From positions 31,496,001-31,560,000 of the forward strand of contig NC_090327.1 in NCBI RefSeq assembly GCF_035084215.1: 64,000 nucleotides of DNA, read 5' to 3'. Source of the stretch: Heptranchias perlo. Taxonomy: Eukaryota. Below the pieces are notes generated by a model, which was not told the DNA's origin, made no database searches, and saw nothing but the letters and a program-made list of their open reading frames with translations. Both the position numbers and the translations under genes were made by a program. Of this stretch, positions 26,601 to 41,600 are shown piece by piece (positions within the stretch are counted from its first letter, which is position 1; each line of letters starts with the position of its first letter).

Positions 26601-29600
26601 AGCTGTATTCACTTCCAGGGTTAGCAGTTGAGGCAGAGACTTGGTCAACATTCAAGGTTAGATTGGATAAGTGATTAAGGAAAAGGAAAAGGATATGGGA
26701 ACTGAGTGGGTAAATGTGATTCAGACTAATTGTGAGGATGCAGCAAAGAGGCTCCAATGTGATTTAGACAAGTTGGATGAGTGGGCAAGAACATGGCAGA
26801 TGCACTATAACGTGGATAAACGTGAGGTTATCCACTCAGGTTGTAAAAACAGAAAGACCGATATCTGAATGGTGATAGATTGGGAAAAGGGGAGGTGCAA
26901 CGAGACGTGAGTGTCCTTGTACACCAGTCGCGGAAAGCGAGCATTCAGGTGCAGCAAGCAGTTTAGGAAGGCGAATGGTATGTTGGCGTTCATTGCAAGA
27001 GGACTTGAGTAGAGGAACAGGGATGTCTTACTGCAGTTGTACAGGGCCTTGGTGAGACCACATCTGGAGTATTGTGCGCAGTTTTGGTCGTCTTATCTGA
27101 GGAAGGATGTCGTTGCCATGGAGGGAGTGCAACGAAGGTTTACCAGACTGATTCCTGGGATGGCAGGACTGACGTACGAGGAGACATTGGGTTGACTAGG
27201 CCTATATTCACTAGAGTTTAGAAGAATGAGAGGTGATCTCATCGAAACATATAAAATTCTAACAGGACTAGACAGACTAGATGCAAGGAGGATGTTCCCG
27301 ATGGATGGGGAATCCATAACCAGGGGTCACAGTCTCAAGATACAGGGTATGCCATTTAGAACCAAGATGAGGAGAAATTTCTTCACTCAGAGGGTGGTGA
27401 ACCTGTGGAATTATCTACCACAGAAGGCAGTGGAGGCCAAGTCATTAAATATATTCAAGAAGGAGATAGATATATTTCTTAATGCTAAAGGGATCAAGGG
27501 ATATGGGGAAAAAGTGGGAACAAGGTGCTGAGTTAGACGATCAGCCATGATCATTTTGAATGGCTGAGCAGGCCCGAAGGGCCAAATGGCCTACTTTTGC
27601 TCCTATTTTCTATGATTCTATGATTCTCACATGGACCATTGACATGGACTGTTTAGGCCATGTTGTAACTTCTATGTATTTCAACGACAGGGTAAATTGT
27701 TTATGGTCTGTGGAAGGAAGGGTCAAATGGCCTTTTCTTGTACCATGTTTTCTTATCAAAAATTCTCATGCATTGATCTCCTTCACCTTGAACAGTGCAA
27801 AACAGAAACACAGTATAAACACTAAAAACATTGTACTTTGTCAATGAAATACAGTGCCACTGCTCGTTGTCGTGTTTTCATTTCCCTTGATTTCCAGTCT
27901 ACACGATATTGCGTTCGGATTGCATTGATCCTGTCCTTCAGGCGCCGGGCTATTTCATACTTCTGCCAGTCCTTCTCACCCTAAAAGTATTAACAGAAAA
28001 CAATACAAAGTCAGTCCTGTATCAGTTACTCAGTGGAGATATTATTTCACTTTACTGTAGAGTTAAAGAAAATGGATCCAGAGCACTTCCCCCGTAGCAC
28101 CTCAATGGCTGGTGTGGAACTGAGCCATATAGATGCAGAAATTCCCAGGTTCAATCTCAGGTCTGTGTGGAGTTAGCTAATTTCAACCAGGACAGTAATA
28201 GAGATGCTACAATCAGCATCAGTGCACCTGGACTATAGAGGTGAGGGGAAGCAGCTAGAATTTCCCCCTCTGCATGGTGATCCAGAGATTCTTGCTTGAA
28301 AGTGTGCATGTGTGTACATTGGATAACGAAGCATCAGGCTTGGATTTGATGTCCCCTATACGGTCCAAAAGCCTTAGACACTGTCAAGATTCACATACAA
28401 ACACTGCTGCTTATAGAAATGGACCCCACCTCCTAAGCGTGGGTCAGTGTCTTCAGAAGAGACAATGGATGGCGACTGCTGCCTCTAAATTATTTCCCCA
28501 TCCCTTCCAGACACGTCATTGCATTAAGGAGAGAAGATTTGAAAATTTGAGGAGGGGCAAGAAGGGGAAGGGTTTGGGGGGGGGGGGGGGGGCGGTGAGC
28601 TTGATTTCTCAAAACAAGGATTTGATTAAGGGATGAGAGATGCATCCCACTTATAACCAGATCTGTACCCGCACACAACCATATCTGTAATCTTTGTGCT
28701 CCGAATTCTTTTCCCCACATTACGGTAACCGTCAGCAGTGCATTGTGCTCTACATAAAAGCTAACACTTGTGAATGTGCAACACAAGTGTTATTCATACA
28801 GGAGCCAGGCAACATCTGATACATGATATTCACACATCACATGACAAATGAATGCCGATGACTCTCAGAAACACAGGTCATTTCAAGGTTAACTCCTGGA
28901 GCACAGCTAACAAATTCACCGTCAAAGGATTATACCTGAAGCATTAACTTTTTTTCCTTTCTCCACAGATTCTGCCTTTCATGCTGAGTGTTTCCAGTCA
29001 ATGAATTCCTCACATATGGTGGCTGAAGAAGGTTGGGGAGTGCAGTGAAAGATGATCTAAGGAAACAGTTAGTAGAGGGGTTTGAAGTTGTTCCCGCTAT
29101 TCCGGCTGACCTTAAGAGTAGTGCAAGTCTTGGCCATAAAAAGTTGCTAAGTGCTTAGTGATGTCTTCCTGAAAATAAAAGCTGTTCAAACAGAGGACCC
29201 GTGGAACTCGGCAGGTGGGGGGCATTTACACTTCTGTGCCTTGAGTGACCTTCTGCTCTATGTACTGCTGGGTCTCCAAGCACCATCTGCTCAGTTGTGG
29301 AATACTGAATAACCTAGGATTAAGTGCTGTCCTCTGTGCTTGCACTGCCGTTAAAGGCAGCAAGAGAATGCAATTTGGGACGGGGATATCCCCACTTCCA
29401 TATATGAACCAAAAGGGCCCCATTAAAATTAGAACTTAAAACCACTGGTTCCTTAATTCATTTCCTCCTTTCTCTTCCCATGAGGGGGTGCATGCCCTCT
29501 AAATTCTCACAGCTGCATGATTGAAGTCAGGACCTGTGTGTGGAGAATCACAGATGCAGATCTGCATTCCAACACTATGACAAAGTTTGTTAGGGCATTC

Positions 29601-32600
29601 CAAAAACTAAGTGAGCAACACTGGTCTAGAACATTTGTAAGCTATGCTCAATGGAGTAACCTTATTGGATCTGTTTACACAAGATAGTTGCAAAATGAGG
29701 ATTGACCATTAACTAATTTATTTCATTATAACAAAGTGTTTAAAGGTGGCTGCAGAACTCTGGAATGGTGTTCTTAAACAAAAAAAAGGAGGTTTTGAAG
29801 CAGCAGTCTTCTAGTACCTTGGCCAAGTAATCACAGCCTAAGCAGTGAATGCAAATGTGTTATTTGACAACGGATGTCATCACAGTCAATCTTGACCATC
29901 TTCAGCCATGGCAATCAGGAGCAGAAATCCTGTCTCATTCTAATCCTATTAATCCAGGGCCCACTGCCACACCAACTGATATTGGCATTTTTAAAAAAAA
30001 AGTTTGTTTATTTTAAATTAATGCTCAGGATCTTGGCGATACTGCCAACACCGAATTTACTGTCCATCCAAAGTTGCCCCAAGAAGGTGGTGGTGAGCCT
30101 TCTCCATTGAATTTTGCAGTCCTTGGGTGATGGTACTCCCAAAATGGTATTAGGTAGAGAAATCCAGGGCCTTTAATTCAGCAATGAAAGAATGGCAGTT
30201 TATTTCAGAGGAAAACGTCACAGCTGAATTCTGATCTTGTCCTCACAATGTTCACACATGCACTTCCAGCAGGGATAAAACTCAGCACAGAGTAGGGATT
30301 AAACCGCACAGGGTTAGGGTTATCTGTGTGGCTCAGCTACTCAGGATTAACTCATCCATTTTTAAAAAAAAACGTAGGGCCAAGGTTCATAATTCAGGTT
30401 ACTACCAGAGTTGAATAGGAAAAATGACAAATCAGAATTTTACCCCACTGGAGGCTGCCAGCTCTGAGCTATCTGCTTAATCCCATTCCCCATACCCTTT
30501 TACAAATATTTATTCCCTTCCTTTTGAAAACATTATGTTTCCAGCACTGTTCTGACTTAGGGCCTTGCCATATCCTAACCACACTCAGAGTAAAAAAAAC
30601 CTCTCCTAAACTGGATTTATTTGTGCCCTCTAGTTACCAACTAATCAGTCAGTGGAAATAGTATCTCCCCCCCTCCACCACCCCACTTACCATATCAAAA
30701 ATTCTCAATTTGGAATAATTCTATTAAATCTCTTAACCTTCTCATGAAAAGGGCCCCAATCTAGACTAGGTTAAGTAAAATGGCAGCGGTTAGATGTCAC
30801 TGAACTTGTTTTTAAAAGCCTATAGGTTGTATCAGGAAGGCAAGGTGGAGGCACGGAGTTTTATAAATTTGCGGTCTTGGAAAAGAACGAGTTAGAATAA
30901 GAGTGGTGTGATAAATCTTGTGCTTATTTAACCAAGAAGAAAATGGTAGCCATCCTATGTCAGAACACACATACCTTAAGTTTGGAACTCGGGTTGAGCA
31001 TGATGTATTTAATGAGTCCCTGGACATTTTCTGTCCATGATGCCAGCCAGGTTACTTTATTATCGAAACGCACCTCCTTCCACTCGTGATCTTCTGGAGG
31101 AATTGGGATCTGGGAATCCCTGAATAAAATAAGCTTAATTTAGAAAAACAAACAAACAAACAAAGTCATAAACAGACAATCTGAACAGATTAGACTAGCT
31201 CAAATTATATTTGAACTAGACCACTCAGTGACAACAGAAGGTGACAGGGCAGCCTCTTGTAGTGTATTCAGGACTAAAAATATCACTGGACCCAGGATAT
31301 CTTTAAGAGCCTTTACTATAAAGATTTTTTTGATACAGACTGTAACTGATTATCTAATAAGGAACAGATCTGCACTGACTAAATGAACAGCCCAACAGCC
31401 ATTGGCTCCGAAAACGTGCATGCCACTAATCCTGGCATTTACACTGGGATCTTGTCCACCAATGCCTTCACTGCTGACCTTGCTAAACTGCAGGTTCAGG
31501 AGGAGGGCACCTAAATTACATGGGGCTAGTGGGCATCTGCCTGCCTCAAGCTGCCATGAAATCCAGCCTCAAGCTGTCAAACCACCTCTCACCACCAGAA
31601 ACTTAACAATTTGACTCAGTGTCTCCCTTTATAGGGGTATTACACTAAAGTACCAACTTAATAGCTCTACCAGATCAGTCTATTTCTGAGTGACGCCCCC
31701 TACTGGAAGCATGAAGTCAGTGAAATTACCCTTATATAAGTGCAGGTCTTTGTGTCTCTACTTCTTTCCCTTTGGGTGTCCAGGCCACTTCCCTTTCCTG
31801 GACACCCAAGGTGGGCCCCACTTCCACCAGGCTACATTATGCTTCATATAAAACAGCAAAGTACACTAGAATGCTGAGCACCAGATAGACTTTGGCTGAG
31901 CAAACTGCTGGCAAAGAAGGAAGGAAAAAGAAGATAAATGAGACCGGGAAAACCATCATCGCATAAATTTGGGCTAAAATTAAACCAGTCTGAGTTGGAA
32001 GGCCAGTGTAATACTCAGTCCTAGTTTATTTTTGCATCACAAAGGCAGGCAGTTAGGGTTACTTTTTGCTTCATATAAAGCAGCAAGGTAGAACAGATGG
32101 TTCTCCACACAAATGGAAATGACTGTCACAAGAAACAGGTGAGACTCAACCACAAACATAACGGGTAAATTCTTAAACAGTGGGGTCAGTTCACATGTTC
32201 AAAAAGGAAATGGGGTGGATTCTTGATTAAAACAGGGATGAAAGGAACAAGATAAAAAGAGAGGACCTAAACAACATGGCAGGTGGATTCTCTGTATTGC
32301 TATTTCTTGCATTCATCATGTAAACTGCTTACTTGCTGCAGTTGATAATGACGTCTTCAGGCATGATCCTTTTCTTTAGTTTTCCCATCTTTGGATGGTT
32401 GCCACGCCCACGAAACAGCCCCGGTGGCTCTATTTTGAAGTTGGCAATTCTCTCCCGATGCCCATCCATTGCACAGTAGCCATACTCTTCAGTGATCGCG
32501 TCTTGCTCTAACTTTAGTGCCTGTAGGGAAAGGATGGAATTTCACTGGAGAGTTCTAAGTTTATTTCCACCCATTTTCTTCCCTTCTCGTGCTGGGCTAA

Positions 32601-35600
32601 AGGTGCGTAGACACCCTTCTGCTTCCAATAGCTCACCTGAGTTTCCATTCTGTATGTGGGAGTCTAGACAGCAAGTATCGTAAGAGTATTCAATTGTGGA
32701 CATGCATCACAGTCAAACCTGCCCTGACTCACCCGACATCCACTTGCCAGCACGACAATATTCACAGCAAGAACCCTGGCTATTTTTCACTTCTGTAGCT
32801 CTGGGGTGCCAAGATTAACGATTGTACCCCTACTTTGGCTAACAGCCACAATTGGGGTCTTGGAGCAGTTTCACTTATTTTTCATTTTCTAATGCCTTTT
32901 CGCATCTGGATAGATTCCTTTATCTCTGCTCCCTCTCTTCCTCCCATTAGGCCTATAATGGGTTTGGTCTGTTTTCCTTTATCAGATCTAATAAAAGGAA
33001 CTCAATCTGAAATGCCAACTTGCTGTTTCTCATTTCAGATGCTGATGGACATATTTGATATTTTCTGCAAATTTTCAGTATTCATTGTTTGGCTCTGATT
33101 TTAAGAGGGCCAGGCACCCAAAGAGTCCGAGCACGTGGAGGTCCTGCTGTTAACATTGGCAAGGCTTCATTTAAATAAAAGTTCCCCGAGTCCCGCCCGA
33201 CGCCTCGCTAGATTCACTATCTGGCCAATGGGCAGCAGTGGGAATTTGGCAGCAGGAAACCGCAGCCAGCAATTCATAAGAGTCGTCCCTGGCAGTCAGT
33301 TGGGGGGGGGGGGGGGGGGAAAGGGGTCTGGAGGCGATCGGGGCTACGCTGGGGCTGGGGAGGCCCAGGGACTCCTTGCGGGGGCACATTCCTGCTTCTC
33401 CTGGACAGAGGAGCCAACGACGTACTGGATGTGGATCCTTGAGTTTGGAAAAACGTTCCACTTCCAAAATGTCAGCTCCTCTGTTCTCTACATAAGAATG
33501 GAGTAGGCCATTCAGCCCTTCGAACCTGTTCGCTTTGGAGCCCGAGAGTATTTGGAACCAAGGCTGGTAAATGGAGTTAAGAGACAGATCAGCTATGATC
33601 TAATTGAATGGTGGAACAGGCTCGAGGAGCTGAATGGCCTACTCTTGTTCCTATGTTCCTCCATTCACTTAGACCATGGCTGATCTGTAACAACTCCATT
33701 TACCTGCCTGGATTACATATCCCTTAATATCCTTACCTAACAAAGATCTATTAATCTCAGTTTTGAAATTTCTAATTGAACTAGCCTCAACAGATTTTCG
33801 GGGAACAGTTCCAGATTTCCACTACCTTTTGTATGAAGAAGTGCTTTCTGACATTGCCCCTGAACTGCCTAGCTCTAATTTTAAGGTTAAACCCCCTTGT
33901 TCTGGACTCCCCTACCAGAGGAAATATTTTTTCTCTATCTACCCTATTAAATCCTTTATTCATCTTAAACACCTCAATTAGATCACCCCTTAATCTTCTA
34001 TATTCAAAACATTACAAGCCTAGTCTATGCAACCTGTTCTTATAATTTAACCCTTTTAGCCCCAGTATCATTCTGGTGAATCTGCGCCGCACCCTGTCCG
34101 AGGTCAATATACCCTTCCTGAGGTGTGGTGCCCAGAACAGAAAGCAATGGTCCAGATGCGGTCTAACCAGAGCTTTATACAACTGTAGCATTAACGTCCA
34201 CTCCTTTGTATTCCAGCCCCCTTGAGATAAAGGCTAACATTCAATTAGCCTTTTTAATTATCTTTTATACCTGTCCACTAGTTTTAGTGATTTCTGCATA
34301 TTGCTCCTCCACAGCAGTTCCTAGCTTCTCACTATTTAGAAAATAATCTGATCTATCTTAGGTCTAAAGTGGAAGACCTCACACTTCCCCACATTGAACT
34401 CCATCTGCCACAGTTTTGCCCACTAACTTAATTTATCAATTCCCTTTTGCAACTTTCTGCTCCCATCTACACTACTGTGCCACTTAACTTAGTGTCGAGA
34501 GCAAACTTAGATAAACAGCTCTCTATTCCTTCATCTAAGTCATTGATTAAATATAGTGAAAAGCTGAGGCCCCAGTACACATTCCTGGGGACACCACTAG
34601 TTACATCCTGCCAATTGGAGTACATACCCATTATACCTACACTCTCCTACCCCCCCCTAACAAATTCCCTATCCACATCAATAGGCTGTCTCCAATTCCA
34701 TGCACTTTCATTTTTGTTAACATTGCTTGTGTGGAACCTCATCAAATGCCTTCTGAAAGTCCATATAAATAATACCCAAAGACATTCCCTTGTCTACCAT
34801 GTTAGTAACCTCAACTAGGTTAGTTAGACATGACTTAACCATTACAAATCCATGCTGGCTCTCTCTGATCAGTTCATAGTTATCCAACTGCTTAGTCACA
34901 GTCCATAACAGATTCTCGTAACTTCCCCACAACAGACATTAGACTAATAGATCTATAATTTCCTGGTTTCTCTCTCCCACCCTTCTTAAATAATGGAGTG
35001 TCATTGGCAATTTTCTAATCCAAGGGGACAGTTCCTGAATCAAGAGAGTTTCCGAAGATCATGACTAAAGTGCCTGCATTTTCCACCATAGCATCTACAA
35101 TTTCCAGGATGCTGCCTGGCCTGCTAGAAGTTTCCAGCATTTTCCTTTTTGAGAGATCTTATGATGTCTTTATACACACGAGACCAGTACACATTTGCAA
35201 TGATACGAGGCCAACTGACTCAAATTGCAGTGCCAATTCTGGGTCACTCTCTGGCCAGGGAAAACAAATCCATGTGCATTGTGCTGTTGGGGGTGGTTTA
35301 CAGGCATCCAAACAATGGTTACATTTTAATGTTAGCAAAGAACAGATGGGACTGTTTTCTGCTAATATTAAAACTAGAAGTACTTAATACTTTTCAGCCT
35401 TGAAAAGGAGGTAACTTCAGACATTTGCAACATAGTAAATGGTACAGAAAATTTAAATCCAGAACACTATTTCAAACCAAATCATTACAGGACAAGGGGC
35501 ACAAGTTCAAGTTAGCAAAAAAACAAATTTACTACTTCTTCAAACAAAGTGATTTAATACATGACCTACTCGCCGTTTCTATCTTGTGACTTTGTAAATA

Positions 35601-38600
35601 GATCAAAAATTAAGTTAAAAGAAATTCAGAATTTGCCTTTGTAGTAGACTTGGTTACAATCCAACTGGCATGAAGGTGAAGTGCCATGAGGTAGCCTCAT
35701 TCTCTTGCCTAGATTGAATTTGGGCAACTGCAAAGTTAATATCAGTGCCTAGCCAAAAGCTCTGCCATGACAAGCTATGTTGTATACTTTCCCGAAGAAG
35801 CTGGTATCTTCTCAACAAGGGGGGGCAAATAAATAAGCACTTGTAGCTGCTCTGCCATGTCATTTTGTTTGTGAGGTCATGCCTATGGCATTTATGACAT
35901 CAGCACCATTGAGTAAAACATTTTAACAGGTTTCAGTGCATTCATGTGATAAGACTAGTGAGGCAATCTTGCATGTAGCAGTTTATGCTTTGTACATTTT
36001 TATGATACATCAAACATTCTGAAAAGACTCAAAAGGCTACAAAATATATTGAAAATGAATCTGAAATAAACACTGCTGGTAATAAGCACAGTGGGTTAAC
36101 CAATATTCATCAGGAAAAGGTTAAATATTTTGGGTAGGTTTCACCAAAACTCAACTAACTTGTTAGAAATGGATTGCAAATAGGATAGCAAGAAGCATGC
36201 TTGTGACACAGCTGCACCAATAGCAATACAGGGTGTACAAACACCACAGCCAATCACTTCTGGATTTCGTCCCCAAGTTTTGCCTTTGAATTCCAGCCTC
36301 AGACATATTGAAAATGTGCTGGATCACATCACCTGACCTAATCAGTCTCAATCTACAGTCAGAATAGTAAGTATCTGAATTTATTTTTTAACATACATAA
36401 AAAATTTGTTGTCTGTGCTATTTGTGTTTACTAATATTCTGCCCTTCTCTTCTGAAGACACTAAGGTATAGGCCCATGGACAGCAGTAACCTGTTGGCAC
36501 CTTAGCCAAGTAGTCATTCCTTATATGTGAATATTGACAGGGAGATGTGTCAGCCTATTCACCCATGGGAGCATCGCAGTCGAGCCAGATCTTGTATTCG
36601 CTATTTTCACCTGCACTTTCCAGCAGAAGTCACCTGATAGTGATCAGGTGTGAGATTGCTGAATAGTTTTGCCTTGCCTCGACTTGGAGTGATGAGAACA
36701 ATTATACCATCCCAACAACTGTCTGTGGTACTGATCACCTCACTGAACACCAACTAGGAATTGAACCTGGGACCTTCCAGGTCTGCATGGCTTAATTCCA
36801 CACACTTTTATAAATGGAGCCATCGGCTTCTATTTGTTCTGTAAATAAAATGTGCATCACGGCAGCTGGTTTACAAAAAATAAGTTATATTTCAGACAAG
36901 GCGCCAATTTCATGAATCCTCCATTTCCTTGCTCACCAGAAGGTGCCTTTTGTTCTGGGTAAGGGGTAAATTTTTGTATTAAATTGAATAATGTTAGCAG
37001 TGAGAAATTCAATCTTTTTTCCAATTGTTACCATCGTCACTGTCAGGTCAGGTATAGCCCAGGTTAAATGCAGAGCAAAGATTTCTCTAATCTGTATCTC
37101 AAATCATCCCCCTACAGTACCAGTGAGACATTTTTGAATTTCTCATGCCAATCATCCCCTGGCCTCTGTGGGACTGGCTAATGCTAATTAATACTAAGGC
37201 AGCAGTTTGTGATGTTAGTACAAAATTGGGCTCAGGCTGCCCAAGGTCATTTCAAGTCTTACACCCAAAGATACTTAAACCCACCACCATGCTAAATAAT
37301 TTCCAAAGCAAGCTTTAGAGGTAGGGTTTTCATTTTCCAGACAGAGTGCATACTCCATTTCACCAGTCTCGCACCCCCGCTTACCTAAGTCCAAAGAGCT
37401 TATTGCACAGATTGGCAACAGCAAAGCCTTATATGCAAGGGTATGGCTGGTATTTAACCAGCTAAAACCATATAGGATAGAGCATGAGTAAGCTTTCCCT
37501 CACTTGTCTAACATGGAACATTTACCCATTAAGGTGTTGGCTTGTTCAATTATGCGTACTCAAAGGGATTCCAGTCTCCAGGGGCATGTTAACACTTCAA
37601 GTCCCATTAATGTACCAGGCTGCCTGATCAATAATCAGCAGTCCTTTGGAGCACTATGGAAGTGGAGAAGCCAATAGTAGAGATTATAGAGATGGAGAGA
37701 TTTTACCTAAGAAGGCAACCATTTGACCCAATGGGAATTATTTTAGCATGGAAAAACAGGTGGGCTGGGGGGCATTAAAAATTGCAACAATTTTAAACCC
37801 ACCCATTTCTGTTTTTCATGGGGGCGGGACGAGGGGTGGGTAACCAACCCACTCTCCGGAGGAGGGTTGGTCACTAAAACATTTCAAAGAGGCTGCGGGC
37901 TTCCATTTTTTCAGGTTTTGTGATTTTAGCCTCTGGGGGCCGGGATTTCTGGGCCTTCTCCTTCACATCACGTGAGAGGAGGCAAGGCGGCCTGAAACTG
38001 CAGGTAAGTGCCTTTGTAGCACTGCTTGTGGGCCCAGAGGAGCAAGGGTGCTTCCCTCAGGCCCAACAAGCCTACCTGCAGCGACCCCCACCCTGGTGAC
38101 TTACTCCCGATTCTCCCCCAATCCAATCTAAGATTACCTGAACACTTACCTCTTCCTTGCTCTTCTCCCGTCCGACTGAGACCAGTCTGTCAATCAGGCC
38201 GGCCTATCGGGCGGGAAAGTGTCAAAAAAAAAGATGTCCTTATATCAAAATCGTAAGGACATCTGGAAAACCCGTACTTCTGGGTTTCCTGTCAGCAATT
38301 CAACCCCCCTGCCCCCTTCCCAGCTCCAGGCTAAAATTATGCCCTTTGTGTTGGTGCTGCTCTTTCATTGAGCAAATCAAACAAATCCCACTGCCACATG
38401 CTCTCCCCTATAACACTGTCTGAAGACTTTTCCCACAATTGAAGTTACACTAACCTGTCTATAGTTACCCATTCTATCTTTCTCTCCCTTCTTGAGCAAA
38501 GGTGTTATATTGGTTACTCTCCAATCCCATGGCACAATTTGCATATTTAAAGAGTGGACAGGCTTGGACTTGACTGTGATGTGTCTCCCTGCTTGAATAG

Positions 38601-41600
38601 TTTGCTGGCATTTACCATCTAGGTTCACCTATGAAGAATGGTCATTCGGGTGAGCTGCCAAAACCTGTTGGATTGCACCCCAACATGAATCAGGTGCCTT
38701 AAGGACAGGAGGAAGTTTGCAACAAATTTTGCTACTTGACAATATATTCTCACCTGTTTCTCCTCCTTGGGTAACGCTTTCTTGGCCTCTGCTTTTTCAG
38801 TGAAGTATTGATGCATGCTCCTGAAATCGCATTGATTTAGGTTGGTGATTATCGTCTTCTCACAGTCGTTCATTTCCTGTACCCCAGAGGAAATCCATTA
38901 ACAGTTGTGTTAGCACACATCATTTATCACTGAGATCAGCTCACAAACTGATACAACTTTCATTTTTATTGCCTTCAGGATTATTATGCAAAACTGTAGT
39001 ACTTGGGCACCAAATCATGCTACAAGTGGTAGAAAATCGTGGAAGCTATCATGAAGAACTTTAATTTACATAGTACTTTAGAACCAATGAATTACTTTTG
39101 AAGCGCAGTGACTTGTTAGTCACTGCACTTCAAACGCAGATGAACTGCACACAGCAAAATGTCACAAACAACGTGGCGAGTGATTGTTGTGGGATGCATG
39201 AACATATGAAAATGACGGGCAGGAAAAGACCATATGGTCCATCAAGCCTATCCCAATCCTGATTTATGACGCATCGTGATTAGACATCCCTACCCATCAG
39301 TAACCATGTAATCTCCTGGGAGAGGCAAAAAAAATAAAAAACAATGGTTAATTAGGGGGAAAAAAATCTGGAAAATTACTCTCCTACCCTGTTAGGCGAA
39401 TAAAATTAGTCCAGGAGACCACATTGACCATGCTTATATTACCTGGTATTTCACCTACCTTTTATAAGATGTGATCTCTGCATACTTTCAAGACAGCTGA
39501 ACCAGTTCCTGGCTGGAGCAGAGGGTCAGCACCCACTGCACGAGCTGGCAACTTATTCAATAGATCCACTATCCTCCGGGCAAAAAACCTAACATTTAAT
39601 CTAGCCCTACCTTTGAGTAATTTATATGCATGACCCCTGGTCTTCCACAATCCCTCAGTAGGAACAGACATTGTGCCGCTACAATCACGATGCACATATA
39701 GTCCATAACAATGATGCAGTCAGTTATCAGACTGTATAGTGGGGTGCAATTCATCTTAATAGCACGGACTCAAATTAACACTAACCCAAACAAGCTACTT
39801 TCATGATTTAACCTCAAAAAGCTAACAGCGCAGTGCAATGATTTTTTTTTTAAAACTTCAAACCTATGGCTCTTAGCATTGCCATTATACCTGCACGGCC
39901 TCGAGAAAGGTTCACCACCAGGCTGGGTACAAAATTCAATGAATCACCTCGGCAGAATCTACAGCAGATACATTTGGAATGCTTACAAAGGTCCAAGCTT
40001 CCACAATGCATGAAGATCAAACTGAGTCAGTACCCATAACAGTGTAATGATATAATAGGTAGCGTGTTATTTTCTAATTTCCACACAAAGAAACAATGTG
40101 ATATATACATAATGCAGCACCCCATGCATCAGTGGCTCAATCTTGCCTGTACAGTTTGTCACTAAATGAAAGGCTACTTCTCTACAGGAGACAAGGGGGA
40201 ATTAAATAGAAGGAAAAATCACTTCCCCCCAATATGTCAATTGTTGAAAGAATGAGCACCTCTCCCCCGATCTTCAACGGCACCATCACTGAGTCCCCCA
40301 CCACCAACATCCTGGAGGGAATTCACCAATGACCAGAAGCTTGACTGGACCAGCCATCTCAACAAGGTAGCTACAAGAGCAAAGCAGAGCCTGGCTACTC
40401 TATAAATGGATCCCCTCCTGACCGTTCAAGGCCTCTCCATCACACTACGGACTTGAGTCTTTTAGATGTTGAATACTCACCTCTCGTCTGGATGGGTGCA
40501 GCTGCCAACACTCAAGAAGCTGGACACCATCCAGGGCGAAGCGGTTCATTTGATTGGTGCCCTTGCCACGACTCAACATTCAACCCCCTCTATTGCCAGT
40601 GCGCTGTGGCTGCAGTATGTACTATCTACAGGATGCACTGCAGCAATTCATCAAGCTTACTTTGACAGCACCTCTCAGGCCCTTGATCTCCAACACCAAA
40701 AAGGGCAAAAACTGTAAAATCATGTACGTTCCCTTCAAGTCACATACCATTCTGACCTGGACATATACAACTGTTCCTTCATCACTGGGTCAAAATCGTG
40801 GAATGCATTACCTATCATTATTGTGGGATCTGCAGTGATTCAAGGCAGCCCACTATCATTACCTACTCAAGTGAACTAGGGATGGGCAATAAAAGTGACT
40901 TTGCCAGCTCAGATTCAGTTCAGAGAATGCTAAAAATACACAGAAGGTCCATTAATACCTACAATAGTAAAGACAGATGTAGACTGAACTCTACACTCAG
41001 TTTTGATGACATTTTGTTGACAGTTTTGATGACATCTAGTCCATGCAGAGGAGCTGAAAGAATCCACTCATTATCTGCTACAAGGATAGCAAGTGAGTTT
41101 AGGGTTATTTTCAACCCGGCCTGAATTGGTAAATCTTACTCAGTTCAGACACAAGGCTGGCTGGTGTGGGGAATGGAAATATCATACTACTGCAGTACGT
41201 GATCTTTCAAAGTTTGTTTGGAGATGCATTCTTTTTTAAAATGATGTGAGCTTGGTTCAGTTGGTAGCACTCTCAACCCAAAATGGTAATTTGTCTTTTC
41301 TCTTTACAGATACTGACAGACCTTCTAGCATTTCCAGTTTTAATTTCACATTTGTTGTTTTTCTATTTATCTTGGATTCCATGCATCCTGATATTTAAAA
41401 AGGAAACTGTTTGTGACATCAAATCAAAAACTGTGGAAACTATCTCTTATTCTTCCTCAGGACCTCAAAACTGTGGAACTCCTTGCCTCCCTCAATCTTC
41501 CAATCTACAGGCTTTTGAAGTCCAAGCTTGGCATCACCAAATCAATATTTCTTGGACAATCATCTTCTATCCAACTCTTTTCGACTTTGCTGTTATCCTA